Part shown: positions 8,494-16,499 of the stretch, one piece after another | Layout of the letters: every line of letters begins with the position of its first letter | Numbering within the stretch: the first letter of the stretch is position 1 | IMG/VR virus record: IMGVR_UViG_3300048858_000122 | Location: 1 to 46,615 of that record | Source: a virus | Lineage: Duplodnaviria; Caudoviricetes | Strand: one strand, 5' to 3' | DNA: 46,615 nucleotides | Notes under the pieces: generated by a model | The model's database searches: none | What the model was told of the DNA's origin: nothing | Seen by the model: the letters and a program-made list of their open reading frames with translations, nothing else | Position numbers and translations under genes: made by a program

Positions 8494-8777
8494 TGCAGCA
8501 CCGCCGACGACAGAATGATGACGACCCCGTCAGCGCGAGACTCGAGGACCTGAGCAAAGTTGACCGCTTCCTTCCAGCTGAAGCGGAAGCCGACCACCTT
8601 GCCGGTTGCGATTTCCACGACGTGGTAAGCGCCGGTGCCCTTGGCGACGACTTGGAAGCGGATGTGCTGGGCCGGCGGCTCTTTACCGATCATCGCGTAG
8701 AACTCCGCGGTGGCGAGTTGAGTGCGAGCGCGCATGACGTTCAGGCCATCCACGCGTTTTTGGATTTGTGGGTGCAT
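8490..8777 (-). CDS. Hypothetical early phage protein
   Basis: GGAGAAAGG RBS; ATGA coupling to the next gene. Confidence 0.72.
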   Translation of the reverse strand: MHPQIQKRVDGLNVMRARTQLATAEFYAMIGKEPPAQHIRFQVVAKGTGAYHVVEIATGKVVGFRFSWKEAVNFAQVLESRADGVVIILSSAVLQ

Positions 8778-8877
8778 GTCCTTTCTCCATTTCGTGGCGT
8801 GTACTCGTCAGCACTCTGGCCGCCTGACATAGGCCGATTGGGCGCAGGGGAGAGTGCTGACGGGTAAACGCTGGGTG

Positions 8878-8905
8878 AAAAAAAGCCCCATCGACGTGGG
8901 GCTTT
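8878..8905 (-). terminator. Rho-independent terminator in the leftward operon (tL)
   Basis: Minus strand AAAGCCCCA-CGTCGA-TGGGGCTTTTTTT. Confidence 0.8.
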
Positions 8906-9241
8906 CATTTCGCTGGTTCACGAGGCCTCCCTACGTGAGCCTTGCTTGCCGGCGCCGCCTGATGCGTTAGGCCGGGTCACTGTCGTTTACATGGCTGCAA
9001 ATCCTCGGGAAGTTGATGGGCACAATGCAGGTGGGCGGTTATAGGCCGCAGTTTCGTCCGCATTGGGGTGTGATCTGTTGACTACTGCTGGCTTCTGTTT
9101 GCGGCCGCCGGCGCCACACCGGCAATTTGTGCGCTCGGCCACAGCGTGTTCATTCAGATCACACCCCGATGCGGCCTGGTCAGCGTCGAAGCGTTCCAGG
9201 TATCGGGCAGTTAACGTCAGGGTGATGCTGGCGCTGGTTGT

Positions 9242-9427
9242 CTATCTGCCGACTGCTTCCAGTTCGGCGTGCTTTGCCTGAAGCTTAGCGATCAGTTCCA
9301 GTCGATCTGCTCCTGGTAGCGTGCAGGCGGCGTAGAAGATCCCGTCCGCTGGCGTGCCGTCGTATTCGGTTTTGCTGGTGGGGTGCCACAACTGGAACTT
9401 GATACGGTTGGTTGATCGCTTTGCCAT
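9242..9427 (-). CDS. Small hypothetical early protein (61 aa)
   Basis: ACGGAG RBS just after a repeated hairpin; MAKRSTNR start. Confidence 0.65.
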   Translation of the reverse strand: MAKRSTNRIKFQLWHPTSKTEYDGTPADGIFYAACTLPGADRLELIAKLQAKHAELEAVGR

Positions 9428-9443
9428 GAAGCATCTCCGTCTG

Positions 9444-9484
9444 ATTTCCCAATGCAGCCTGTCTCCAAGCTGCATCAGTGAAAT
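9444..9484 (-). repeat. 41-nt structured repeat, copy 2 (GAGA tetraloop)
   Basis: Same ends and loop frame as 9704-9744 with a covarying stem. Confidence 0.8.
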
Positions 9485-9486
9485 TC

Positions 9487-9687
9487 TTATCCCGGCATCC
9501 GAGTCGGCTCTTGATCAATAACGGTGATTGAGCCGCGGTCCGTTATCGCCACTCGCCCAGTCAGTCCAGGGTTGCGTTCGGCGAGCTGGGGGTGCGGCTT
9601 GAACTCCTGAACTCGGCCTGTTCTGTTACCTATGCCGACGTAGATCACGTCGCCAATTTCAATCTCGCTTCCGCGTTTCGTTGCCAT
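9487..9687 (-). CDS. Small hypothetical protein, first gene of the pL transcript
   Basis: ACGGAG RBS after a repeated hairpin; 66 aa, beta-rich. Confidence 0.7.
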   Translation of the reverse strand: MATKRGSEIEIGDVIYVGIGNRTGRVQEFKPHPQLAERNPGLTGRVAITDRGSITVIDQEPTRMPG

Positions 9688-9703
9688 TGCCTTCGCTCCG
9701 TTG

Positions 9704-9744
9704 ATTTCCCGTCTGGCCCTGTTGCCAAGGCCAGCCAGTGAAAT
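9704..9744 (-). repeat. 41-nt structured repeat, copy 1 (GCAA tetraloop; boxB-like)
   Basis: Minus strand ATTTCACTGGCTGGCCTTGGCAACAGGGCCAGACGGGAAAT. Confidence 0.8.
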
Positions 9745-9761
9745 CGGTATGTCCGTTCTGC

Positions 9762-9770
9762 TTAAAGAGC
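9762..9770 (-). promoter_or_regulatory. boxA-like antitermination element (nutL)
   Basis: Minus strand GCTCTTTAA downstream of pL and upstream of a GNRA hairpin. Confidence 0.65.
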
Positions 9771-9899
9771 TTTGATCCAGTCGATCCCTTGTCGGGGCTG
9801 GGAGACCACTTCGCTGGTCCCTGGCTATCTGGCGGCTTCACCAGTCTTGGGTTCGATTCGCAAACCCCGCGTCAGGAGTTATTGCGTCTCGATGGGCCA

Positions 9900-9941
9900 A
9901 ATATGCACCAGTGCAATTAGAGTGTCAATGCACCTGTGCAT
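9900..9941 (-). promoter_or_regulatory. pL promoter with OL operators
   Basis: -35 TTGACA (9928-9923), 17-nt spacer, -10 CATATT (9905-9900); operators ATGCACCAGTGCAA 9903-9916 and ATGCACCTGTGCAT 9928-9941 match the OR palindromes. Confidence 0.85.
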
Positions 9942-9988
9942 AAATAAATTTGAGGCTATTCCCCTTGCCTCCGAGAAAGACCGTCCAT

Positions 9989-10008
9989 TACTGTATGGAT
10001 ATACAGTA
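9989..10008 (+). promoter_or_regulatory. LexA (SOS) box
   Basis: TACTGTATGGATATACAGTA matches CTGT-N8-ACAG; overlaps the putative -10 of the next gene. Confidence 0.88.
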
Positions 10009-10027
10009 ATCAAAGGAGGTATATACG

Positions 10028-10342
10028 ATGCAACAGGGCAAGAAAACAGATCCGACACCTAAAGCAATGAGCGGGATGGAGCGGCTGTCGCTGCGTGTGT
10101 CGTCGATGATCAACCACCCGATCGCCCAGGAGCGGAGGGAGGTCAGGATTCATCGGCTGGATACGGACGGGGAGAGGGAGTGGGGCGAGATTGTGAGCGC
10201 GCTCTCAGAGGCGGACGGGATTGAGCTGGCGCACAATCATGAAGATGCGTCGATCACATTGCGGTGGGAGCCGTCGGCGGATGACGAGATGCCCGCGCAG
10301 GCTGCCGACCCATTCGGGCCAGAAGAGCCGGCACCTTTCTAG
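10028..10342 (+). CDS. DUF1654-family protein, SOS-regulated
   Basis: AAGGAGG RBS; ERLSLRVSSMINHPIAQ..IHRLDTD..W..ITLRWE. Confidence 0.78.
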   Translation: MQQGKKTDPTPKAMSGMERLSLRVSSMINHPIAQERREVRIHRLDTDGEREWGEIVSALSEADGIELAHNHEDASITLRWEPSADDEMPAQAADPFGPEEPAPF

Positions 10343-10349
10343 CGAGCAC

Positions 10350-10378
10350 AAAAAAGCCCGCTGGATGGCGGGCTTCTT
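10350..10378. terminator. Bidirectional terminator between the DUF1654 gene and the cI operon
   Basis: AAAAAAGCCCGC-TGGATG-GCGGGCTTCTT. Confidence 0.8.
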
Positions 10379-10394
10379 AACAGAGTATGCGAGG

Positions 10395-11342
10395 CTAACC
10401 GTCAATCATTCGCTGGACTGTGATGGATACCGGCTCCATCTTTCTCGTCTTCGCGGACATTCGGAATTTAACAACAACATCCGCCCGAACCTTAAATTTC
10501 CCCGCCAAGCTTTGAGGATCCACACCGTCCTCAAGCACCAGTTTCACGCGGCGGTCCACAAGCCCGCGAATTATCGCGGCCCATCCTTTGCTTGACGAAT
10601 CCAGGTCTGTAGCCCTGATTTCTACATCAGCATCAGGGTGAGGCTCGTCAATTTCAAAAGGCTCGAACTCAACTGTGTCGGGCACTTCTTTTACTGTTTC
10701 GACTGGTATTGAGAGGCTATCGTCCTGACTCATCACGACCGTAGCCCCCTCCTCCTTTTTGGCTGGGGCAATGATCTTAACAGCGGCTTGAGCAAGCTTT
10801 TTCTTATCAGTCGCGCCGACTTTCTCGATTATTTCTGCAAACTTCTCGGGTGACATTGCGTAAGACTCTGCGCCGATCACCACGAAACTGCTGTCGGTGA
10901 TATTGAGAGTTACAGGGGAGGGAGCGGGCGGGGCTTTGTTTATGATTGCCCACCCAGCGCCGGCTGCAACCAGTGCGCCTATGACGCATGAGACTGCCAC
11001 TGCGCCTTTCAAAACAGGGCTTCCATTGCCTGGCAGGTTCCGATAAACATTCCTTCCTCCCTCGCGCACCTTGTCGAGAAACTTGTCCATTTCTTCCTTG
11101 CTCTTGAAGACCAGCTTTACGAGCGTGTCCTCAATGAACGACCCCTGTTGAAATCCCTCTACCAACAACTCTGCGGATACGATGCCCGCGCCAGTTAGCT
11201 GAGACAGTGCTTCCGGCAGGAAGTAAACTGAGACCTTCTCCAGCCCTGACAGAGAGTCTATTACGTCCTGAACCGTTAGCGGCTGCTTGTTCGTGTACTT
11301 TACTGAATGCTCGACCAGCAGTATGAACTCAGACATCGTCAT
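10395..11342 (-). CDS. Accessory protein downstream of cI (rex position) with one hydrophobic segment
   Basis: 315-aa ORF (alternative start 11336), 56 nt downstream of cI, AT-richer; hydrophobic AVAVSCVIGALVAAGAGWAII. Confidence 0.8.
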   Translation of the reverse strand: MTMSEFILLVEHSVKYTNKQPLTVQDVIDSLSGLEKVSVYFLPEALSQLTGAGIVSAELLVEGFQQGSFIEDTLVKLVFKSKEEMDKFLDKVREGGRNVYRNLPGNGSPVLKGAVAVSCVIGALVAAGAGWAIINKAPPAPSPVTLNITDSSFVVIGAESYAMSPEKFAEIIEKVGATDKKKLAQAAVKIIAPAKKEEGATVVMSQDDSLSIPVETVKEVPDTVEFEPFEIDEPHPDADVEIRATDLDSSSKGWAAIIRGLVDRRVKLVLEDGVDPQSLAGKFKVRADVVVKFRMSAKTRKMEPVSITVQRMIDG

Positions 11343-11398
11343 CCCTTCTCATTATTTTCCATGTGTCGAGCCTCGTTTGCGAACCAAGCAAGCGTCAC

Positions 11399-12241
11399 TC
11401 AAACCAGATTCCCATTCCAGACGAATAGCACTCGGGCCTGAATGTAGGTCTCGTCGACGAAAATGTCCTCGGCCTTGTGCTTGCGGTTATCCGAGATCAT
11501 CTTGAATTTGTCTTTACCCTTCATCTGCAGACGCTTGATGTACTGGAAGCCGCCGTACGAGAAGTAGTAGATCCCGTCTCCTACGAATTCCTTGATGCTG
11601 ATGTCCACCAAGCACGGATCGCCATGCTTGATGGTGGGCGTCATCGACTGACCCCAGCCGGTTATCACCTTTAGGTGGTAGTGCTCTTTGAACTCCACGC
11701 CCATTGAACGGAGCTGGGAAGGGCTGACCCGCACGTCCTGGAGCAACTCAGGGTAGTCGTGAGCAACCTCACCATCACCCAGCGCTCCGCGCACATCGTA
11801 GTGAGCAATCCAAACCTCATCGCCTACCTTGCCAGGCCTGTAGGCATCGTTCACCAGGACGCTGACAATTCCCTCCGGCTCACCGCCCTCGGCAACGGCC
11901 AGCAACTTTTGCAGACGATCTTCACCAAGGCTTTTGCCAGCGAGCATCTGCCGGATCTTGTCGGCGGCGGAAACGCCTGGCGTAGATTCCTCTGCATCAG
12001 TAGGCGGCTCGCCAAGCTCTAGTGGCGCGAAGCCGCGCAACTGATCGGTGGTGACCCCAAACAATTCAGCCAGAGGCCGTACCTGTTTGTCGGTTGGCTC
12101 TTTGATCCCTTTAGGGCCGTTCGGCTTGAGGATTCTGGAGATCGTCGACTGCCCTACGTTAGCGCGCGCGGATACTTGGACCTGACTAAGCCTGTCCCGG
12201 CGCATCAGTTCAGCCAAGATTTTATCGATGGTTTTATGCAT
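11399..12241 (-). CDS. cI: CI-like repressor (HTH + S24 peptidase)
   Basis: HTH LSQVQVSARANVGQSTISRIL; catalytic GQSM and IKRL motifs; divergent from cro; start MHKT inferred. Confidence 0.93.
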   Translation of the reverse strand: MHKTIDKILAELMRRDRLSQVQVSARANVGQSTISRILKPNGPKGIKEPTDKQVRPLAELFGVTTDQLRGFAPLELGEPPTDAEESTPGVSAADKIRQMLAGKSLGEDRLQKLLAVAEGGEPEGIVSVLVNDAYRPGKVGDEVWIAHYDVRGALGDGEVAHDYPELLQDVRVSPSQLRSMGVEFKEHYHLKVITGWGQSMTPTIKHGDPCLVDISIKEFVGDGIYYFSYGGFQYIKRLQMKGKDKFKMISDNRKHKAEDIFVDETYIQARVLFVWNGNLV

Positions 12242-12318
12242 GAGTGCAATCGTCGCCTTGGGCAGTGCATAGAGCAATAGAGGTGGTCGTTGACAGATAT
12301 GCACCAGTGCATGATCAT
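12236..12318 (+). promoter_or_regulatory. OR operators and pR
   Basis: ATGCATGAGTGCAA 12236-12249, half-site CAGTGCAT ending 12270, ATGCACCAGTGCAT 12299-12312; -35 TTGACA 12290-12295, 17-nt spacer, -10 GATCAT. Confidence 0.8.
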
Positions 12319-12343
12319 GTGCATATCTACAAAGGAGGCAGCC

Positions 12344-12562
12344 ATGAGCGCTACCGATCTTCCGAACAAATTGGACGCGTTGCTGGGCTCTGGCTGGACC
12401 TACAAGGCCATTGCAGAGCGCGCCAAGTGCGACATTTCAACCATCTTCCGTATACGCAACGGGCACATCAGCAACCCCAGCTACATCGCTGGCCGGGCAA
12501 TCGACCTTATGCACGAAGAGCTGGCGAAACCCACCAAGTCGACGAAGAAAACCGCTGCTTAG
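12344..12562 (+). CDS. cro: Cro-like regulator
   Basis: AAGGAGG RBS; HTH WTYKAIAERAKCDISTIFRI; NPSY motif. Confidence 0.85.
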   Translation: MSATDLPNKLDALLGSGWTYKAIAERAKCDISTIFRIRNGHISNPSYIAGRAIDLMHEELAKPTKSTKKTAA

Positions 12563-12664
12563 AAAGTCCGTGAGCCCATACGGGCTGCTGGGTTGCTAAC
12601 TGATGGAAACATTTTGCAACGTGTAATGGCACTCGGCCACTGAAACAAATTTGAGGGTTTACGA

Positions 12665-13087
12665 ATGGAAGATTTCTTGCGGGCTTGCCACACCACCATC
12701 AAGGAAAGCGGGGCGGAAGAGCTGGCCGGGAAGATGTGCCTTGCCCACGTGAGCCTGCTGCAGCGCTCCAATCCGGACAACGCCGCGCACCACCTGACCA
12801 TCGAGCATCTGTTCGGGGTTCTGCTGCACACCCAGGACATGCGCCCGCTGTTGGCTTTGGCTGGCGCGTTTGACTTCGACCTCGTAGCGAAGGAGAAGCC
12901 GGTGGCCATAGATATCCACCAGGCGCTGGGTAGCGTTGCGCTGGAAATCTCCGAAGTGACCGTTGAGACGCATCGCGCAATGGCTGATGGCCGCGTTGAT
13001 CAGGTCGAGCGGGCGAGAATCATGCGCGAGATCGTTGAGGCACAGAAAGCGCTCGACGTGCTCAAGGCATCCCTCAAAGCGGCCTAA
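12665..13087 (+). CDS. cII: Phage regulatory CII-family protein
   Basis: ELAGKM...L....NPDN..HHLT; AMADGRVD..ER; position after cro. Confidence 0.8.
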   Translation: MEDFLRACHTTIKESGAEELAGKMCLAHVSLLQRSNPDNAAHHLTIEHLFGVLLHTQDMRPLLALAGAFDFDLVAKEKPVAIDIHQALGSVALEISEVTVETHRAMADGRVDQVERARIMREIVEAQKALDVLKASLKAA

Positions 13088-13098
13088 ATCGCAGACAC

Positions 13099-13128
13099 AA
13101 AAAAGCCGGGATTGCGGCCCGGCTTCTT
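13099..13128. terminator. Terminator-like hairpin (tR)
   Basis: AAAAAAGCCGGG-ATTGCGG-CCCGGCTTCTT. Confidence 0.6.
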
Positions 13129-13152
13129 CAACAACACTTGTGAGGTCCGATT

Positions 13153-13896
13153 ATGCACATCACGAACACCCAGAGCAATAGCCGTCCTGATTCGTCAGTT
13201 CTTTGCCTTCCGCAAGTAATGACGCGTCAGGTCATGTCGTCGCGGGAGATTGCCGATCTCACCGGCAAGCGTCACCCAGACGTAAAGCGCGACATTCAAA
13301 CCATGGCCGCCGATCTCAAAGAAGATGTGAGCAAATTTGCGCGCATCTATTTCGACGCGATGAACCGCAAGCAAACTGAGTATCTGCTTGATCGTGAGCA
13401 CACCGACTGTTTGCTGACAGGTTACAGCGCGCCGCTTCGAATGGCTGTTGTTCGGCGTTGGCGTGAACTGGAAGATCAAGCCGCGCCTCGCATCCCGGCC
13501 AATTACGCCGAGGCACTCCAGCTCGCCGCCGACCAAGCCAAAGAAACCCAACGCCTGATAGGCGTGCTCGAACTTCAGGCCCCGAAGGTCGCAGCCATCA
13601 ATCGTCTCGCGGCTGCTGGCGGCTCGATCTGCATCAGCGACGCCGCAAAGCAACTTCAGATTTCGCCGAATCAGCTCTTTGCCTGGCTTGAAGCCCATCG
13701 CTGGATATTCCATCGCGGTGGTTCCAAGCGCTGGACAGCCTATCAGCCTCAGATCACTAAGGGCTTCATGGTCCACAAGGTGACCGAGCTCAAGCCTGAC
13801 GCCGAGACCGGTGCCGAGCGCGCTGCTTATCAACCCCTGATCACCCCGAAAGGCCTGACCTACCTCGCCGAAAAGAACATTGGAGCCGCGCTGTGA
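13153..13896 (+). CDS. Rha-family regulator / antirepressor with KilAC (ANT) domain
   Basis: MSSREIADLTGKRHPDVKRDI, LLTGYS...R..VVRRW.ELE, IPANYAEALQLAAD, PLITPKGL. Confidence 0.88.
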   Translation: MHITNTQSNSRPDSSVLCLPQVMTRQVMSSREIADLTGKRHPDVKRDIQTMAADLKEDVSKFARIYFDAMNRKQTEYLLDREHTDCLLTGYSAPLRMAVVRRWRELEDQAAPRIPANYAEALQLAADQAKETQRLIGVLELQAPKVAAINRLAAAGGSICISDAAKQLQISPNQLFAWLEAHRWIFHRGGSKRWTAYQPQITKGFMVHKVTELKPDAETGAERAAYQPLITPKGLTYLAEKNIGAAL

Positions 13897-14684
13897 GCGT
13901 TCAAGCTATGTCCTGGGCTCTCGCACTGCCGAAGGCTTCCCTCGAAAACCCTGCTGCCCGTCATGTGCTGCTCTGCCTGGCCAACTACGCCGGCAGCGAT
14001 GGACGTGGTGCTTTCCCATCTGCCCTGACGCTGTCGGCTGATACCGGTCTTTCTGAGAGGACTGTCCGCCTCAAGCTGGATGAACTGGAACAAGCCGGCT
14101 TCATCTCCGAAGGCAATCAAGCCATTGCTGCTGCCTACATCGACCGTCGTGACCGCCGCCCCGTGGTGTATGACCTCCAACTTAAGCGGGGTGCAAATGC
14201 TGCACCCCGTAAAGAACGGGGTGCAGATGACCGCACGGGGTGCAGCTCACAGCAGAACGGGGTGCAGGAAAACGCAGAACGGGGTGCAGCAGCTGCACCC
14301 AATACATCACTTAACCATCAATTAACCGAAGAGCAGCAGCTGCAGCGCGATTTGGAGGCTGAGCTTGCCGAGCAAGACCGAGCCGCCGCCGAGTGCCCAT
14401 CGCCGAACCAGCGCTACGCCATGTTCGCCGCCTGGGAGCCGAATGCCAAAGCCTTGGCCGACCAGATAGCAATCGCTGGCATCCCAGCAGGCTCAGTGCC
14501 GGAAGCCGCGATCCGAGCGTTCAAGGGCTTCTTTGCTGCCCGACCCGGGACTGTCGATTCGGGCCCCGGCTGGTGCTACCGGTTGGTGCAGTGGGTCAAG
14601 CGTGAGCGAGTCAAGGCCGCCGGTCAGGGCCAAACACCTGACTTCGACGACACAAGCTGGGCTGACAACATGGGGAGCCTCTGA
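13893..14684 (+). CDS. Replication initiator (O-like; N-terminal HTH, internal iterons)
   Basis: MSVQAMSWA..VLLCLANYA..AFPS..LSADTGLSERTV; contains the repeat origin. Confidence 0.88.
   Translation: MSVQAMSWALALPKASLENPAARHVLLCLANYAGSDGRGAFPSALTLSADTGLSERTVRLKLDELEQAGFISEGNQAIAAAYIDRRDRRPVVYDLQLKRGANAAPRKERGADDRTGCSSQQNGVQENAERGAAAAPNTSLNHQLTEEQQLQRDLEAELAEQDRAAAECPSPNQRYAMFAAWEPNAKALADQIAIAGIPAGSVPEAAIRAFKGFFAARPGTVDSGPGWCYRLVQWVKRERVKAAGQGQTPDFDDTSWADNMGSL
14187..14326. repeat. Iteron array / replication origin
   Basis: CGGGGTGCA at 14187, 14217, 14236, 14258, 14280; inverted copies at 14201 and 14294 (partial); AT-rich tract follows. Confidence 0.85.
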
Positions 14685-15340
14685 TGAAGTCCATAGCAAG
14701 CATCATGCAGCAACTGCCTAACGTCCCCTCCGCCGAGGTCGTGCCGCTTAAGATCGATTCCGGCACAGTCCACGTGATCAACCAGCTGTTCCGGGAGCTG
14801 ATGGCGATCTTCCCAGGGTGGAAGCAGGCCTGGCCTGACAACGCGGCCATCGGCGCGGCAAAGGCAAGTTGGACCAAGGCGTTCATGGCCGAGAACATCA
14901 CGCGCATCGAGCAGATCCGTTTCGGCATCGAGCAATGTCGCAAGCTGGGTGTGGACTTCGCACCGAGCTCGGGCAAGTTCATCAAGCTGTGCCAGCCCAC
15001 TCCGGAAATGCTTGGCATCCCATCGCTGGAGAAGGCTTTCCGCGAGGCCTGCCGAAACGCTCACCCATCCATGGCGGGGCAGGGCAGGTGGTCGCATCAG
15101 GCCGTCTGGCACACGGCGAAAGAGTGCGGCTTTGAACCGCTCAACCGCCTCGAAACCTCGCTCGCCATGAAGCTGTTCGAGCGCAACTACGTGGTCACCT
15201 GCCGCCGGATGATCGAGGGTTTGCCATTGCAGGCGATGCCCTTGGCCCTGCCAGCACGCGCCGAAGCCCGGCGCACTCCCGATATCGGAAACAAGGCCTT
15301 GGCCGAACTGCGCGCCCGCCGCGCCGGAGCATCAGCATGA
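14684..15340 (+). CDS. Replication protein P (helicase loader)
   Basis: INQLFREL.AIFP.WKQAW, KASW.KAF, QI.FG...CR, PSSG.FI..C. Confidence 0.87.
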   Translation: MKSIASIMQQLPNVPSAEVVPLKIDSGTVHVINQLFRELMAIFPGWKQAWPDNAAIGAAKASWTKAFMAENITRIEQIRFGIEQCRKLGVDFAPSSGKFIKLCQPTPEMLGIPSLEKAFREACRNAHPSMAGQGRWSHQAVWHTAKECGFEPLNRLETSLAMKLFERNYVVTCRRMIEGLPLQAMPLALPARAEARRTPDIGNKALAELRARRAGASA

Positions 15341-15561
15341 GCGCACTCAACACCCAAGTGTCCGGCGATCACTACAAGTCGCTGAAGATTCAGCCCATTG
15401 AGTTCATCCATGCCAATGGCATCCCGTTCGCAGAGGGCAGCGTCATCAAGTACGTCACGCGCTGGCGCGACAAGGGCGGCCTCGCCGATCTGGAGAAGGC
15501 CAAGCACTTCCTCGAGCTGCTGATTGAGCTGGAGACAAAGGTGCGGGGGCTCGACGAATGA
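15337..15561 (+). CDS. DUF3310-family protein
   Basis: QVSGDHY..LKIQPIEFI..N...F.EGSVIKY..RW.DKGG..DLEKA. Confidence 0.88.
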   Translation: MSALNTQVSGDHYKSLKIQPIEFIHANGIPFAEGSVIKYVTRWRDKGGLADLEKAKHFLELLIELETKVRGLDE

Positions 15562-15671
15562 AGGCCCTCCACGCGCTGATCCAGGTCCTGTGCTGCGCCG
15601 TTTTGCTGATGGAGCTCGGCTACTCGCACCCAGTGAGCCAGGTCGAGTTCCAGTTCGGGGGTGGCCTGTGA
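15558..15671 (+). CDS. Small hydrophobic hypothetical protein (37 aa)
   Basis: Coupled by ATGA/GTGA overlaps on both sides; MKALHALIQVLCCAVLLMELG. Confidence 0.45.
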   Translation: MKALHALIQVLCCAVLLMELGYSHPVSQVEFQFGGGL

Positions 15672-15970
15672 GGCAGACCAAGTTCACCAAGGCCGCGCGC
15701 GGTCGCGACTGCCAGATCCGTGTGCCGGGTGTGTGCAACGGGAATCCGGAAACAACTGTGCTGGCGCATCTGCGTATGGCCGGCACTCGCTGTGGCACTG
15801 GCCTGAAGCCGCACGACCTGCAGGCTGCCTGGGCGTGCTCAGCCTGTCACGACGCGGTCGACGCTCGCCGCAAGACCGAGTTCAGCCGTGAAGAACTCCG
15901 CACGATGCATATGGAAGGCATGGTGCGGACCATCGACATTCTGGTTAGTGAAGGGAAGGTGGCAGCGTGA
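15668..15970 (+). CDS. DUF1364 (YbcO-like) Zn-binding nuclease-like protein
   Basis: KAARGRDCQIRVPGVCNGNPETTVLAH..KPHD..AWACSACHD. Confidence 0.88.
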   Translation: MRQTKFTKAARGRDCQIRVPGVCNGNPETTVLAHLRMAGTRCGTGLKPHDLQAAWACSACHDAVDARRKTEFSREELRTMHMEGMVRTIDILVSEGKVAA

Positions 15971-16086
15971 TCACGACTTGGGACCAACTCAAAGCCTTGC
16001 TGAATAACTCCATAGTGCTCCGTGCTGGCCGGGACGGCTTCGTTTTCACGCCTGCCCGCGGCTCAGCCAAAGGCGCTGGCAAATGA
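15967..16086 (+). CDS. Small hypothetical protein (39 aa)
   Basis: Fills the gap exactly with GTGA/ATGA overlaps. Confidence 0.4.
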   Translation: MITTWDQLKALLNNSIVLRAGRDGFVFTPARGSAKGAGK

Positions 16087-16499
16087 AGCTTTTCCAGCCA
16101 CGGCCCAGTCGCGCCAAGCCAGTCGACCGCGAAGGCCTGGAACAGGCCGCGCTGATCAAAGAACTTGAGCTGCGCCTGCCGGCTGTGGCTGCTTTGATCT
16201 ACCACGTCCCCAACGGTGGGCACCGCCACAAGCTGGTCGCCATCAAGCTGAAGGGGCAGGGCGTCAAAGCGGGTGTGCCGGATCTGGTGCTGCCGATGGC
16301 GCGCGGCGGCTACTTCGGCCTTTATCTCGAGTTCAAGGCGACGGCGCCGAACGATGCAGCGGTATCGGCCAGCCAGCACGCCTGGATCCGCCGGCTCAAC
16401 GATCAGGGCTATCTCGCGATCGTGTGCCGGGGCCACTTCGATGCGATGGAGCAGCTCCGCGCTTACCTTCGACTCGCTCCGACTGTGGTGGCTGCATGA
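16083..16499 (+). CDS. VRR-NUC domain nuclease
   Basis: HVPNGG, GVKAGVPDL, LYLEFK, SASQ..W. Confidence 0.9.
   Translation: MKLFQPRPSRAKPVDREGLEQAALIKELELRLPAVAALIYHVPNGGHRHKLVAIKLKGQGVKAGVPDLVLPMARGGYFGLYLEFKATAPNDAAVSASQHAWIRRLNDQGYLAIVCRGHFDAMEQLRAYLRLAPTVVAA

Noticed and set aside
14187-14300. CRISPR-like repeat array
   Set aside because: 9-bp repeats with short irregular spacing inside the initiator gene are iterons; no cas genes are present.
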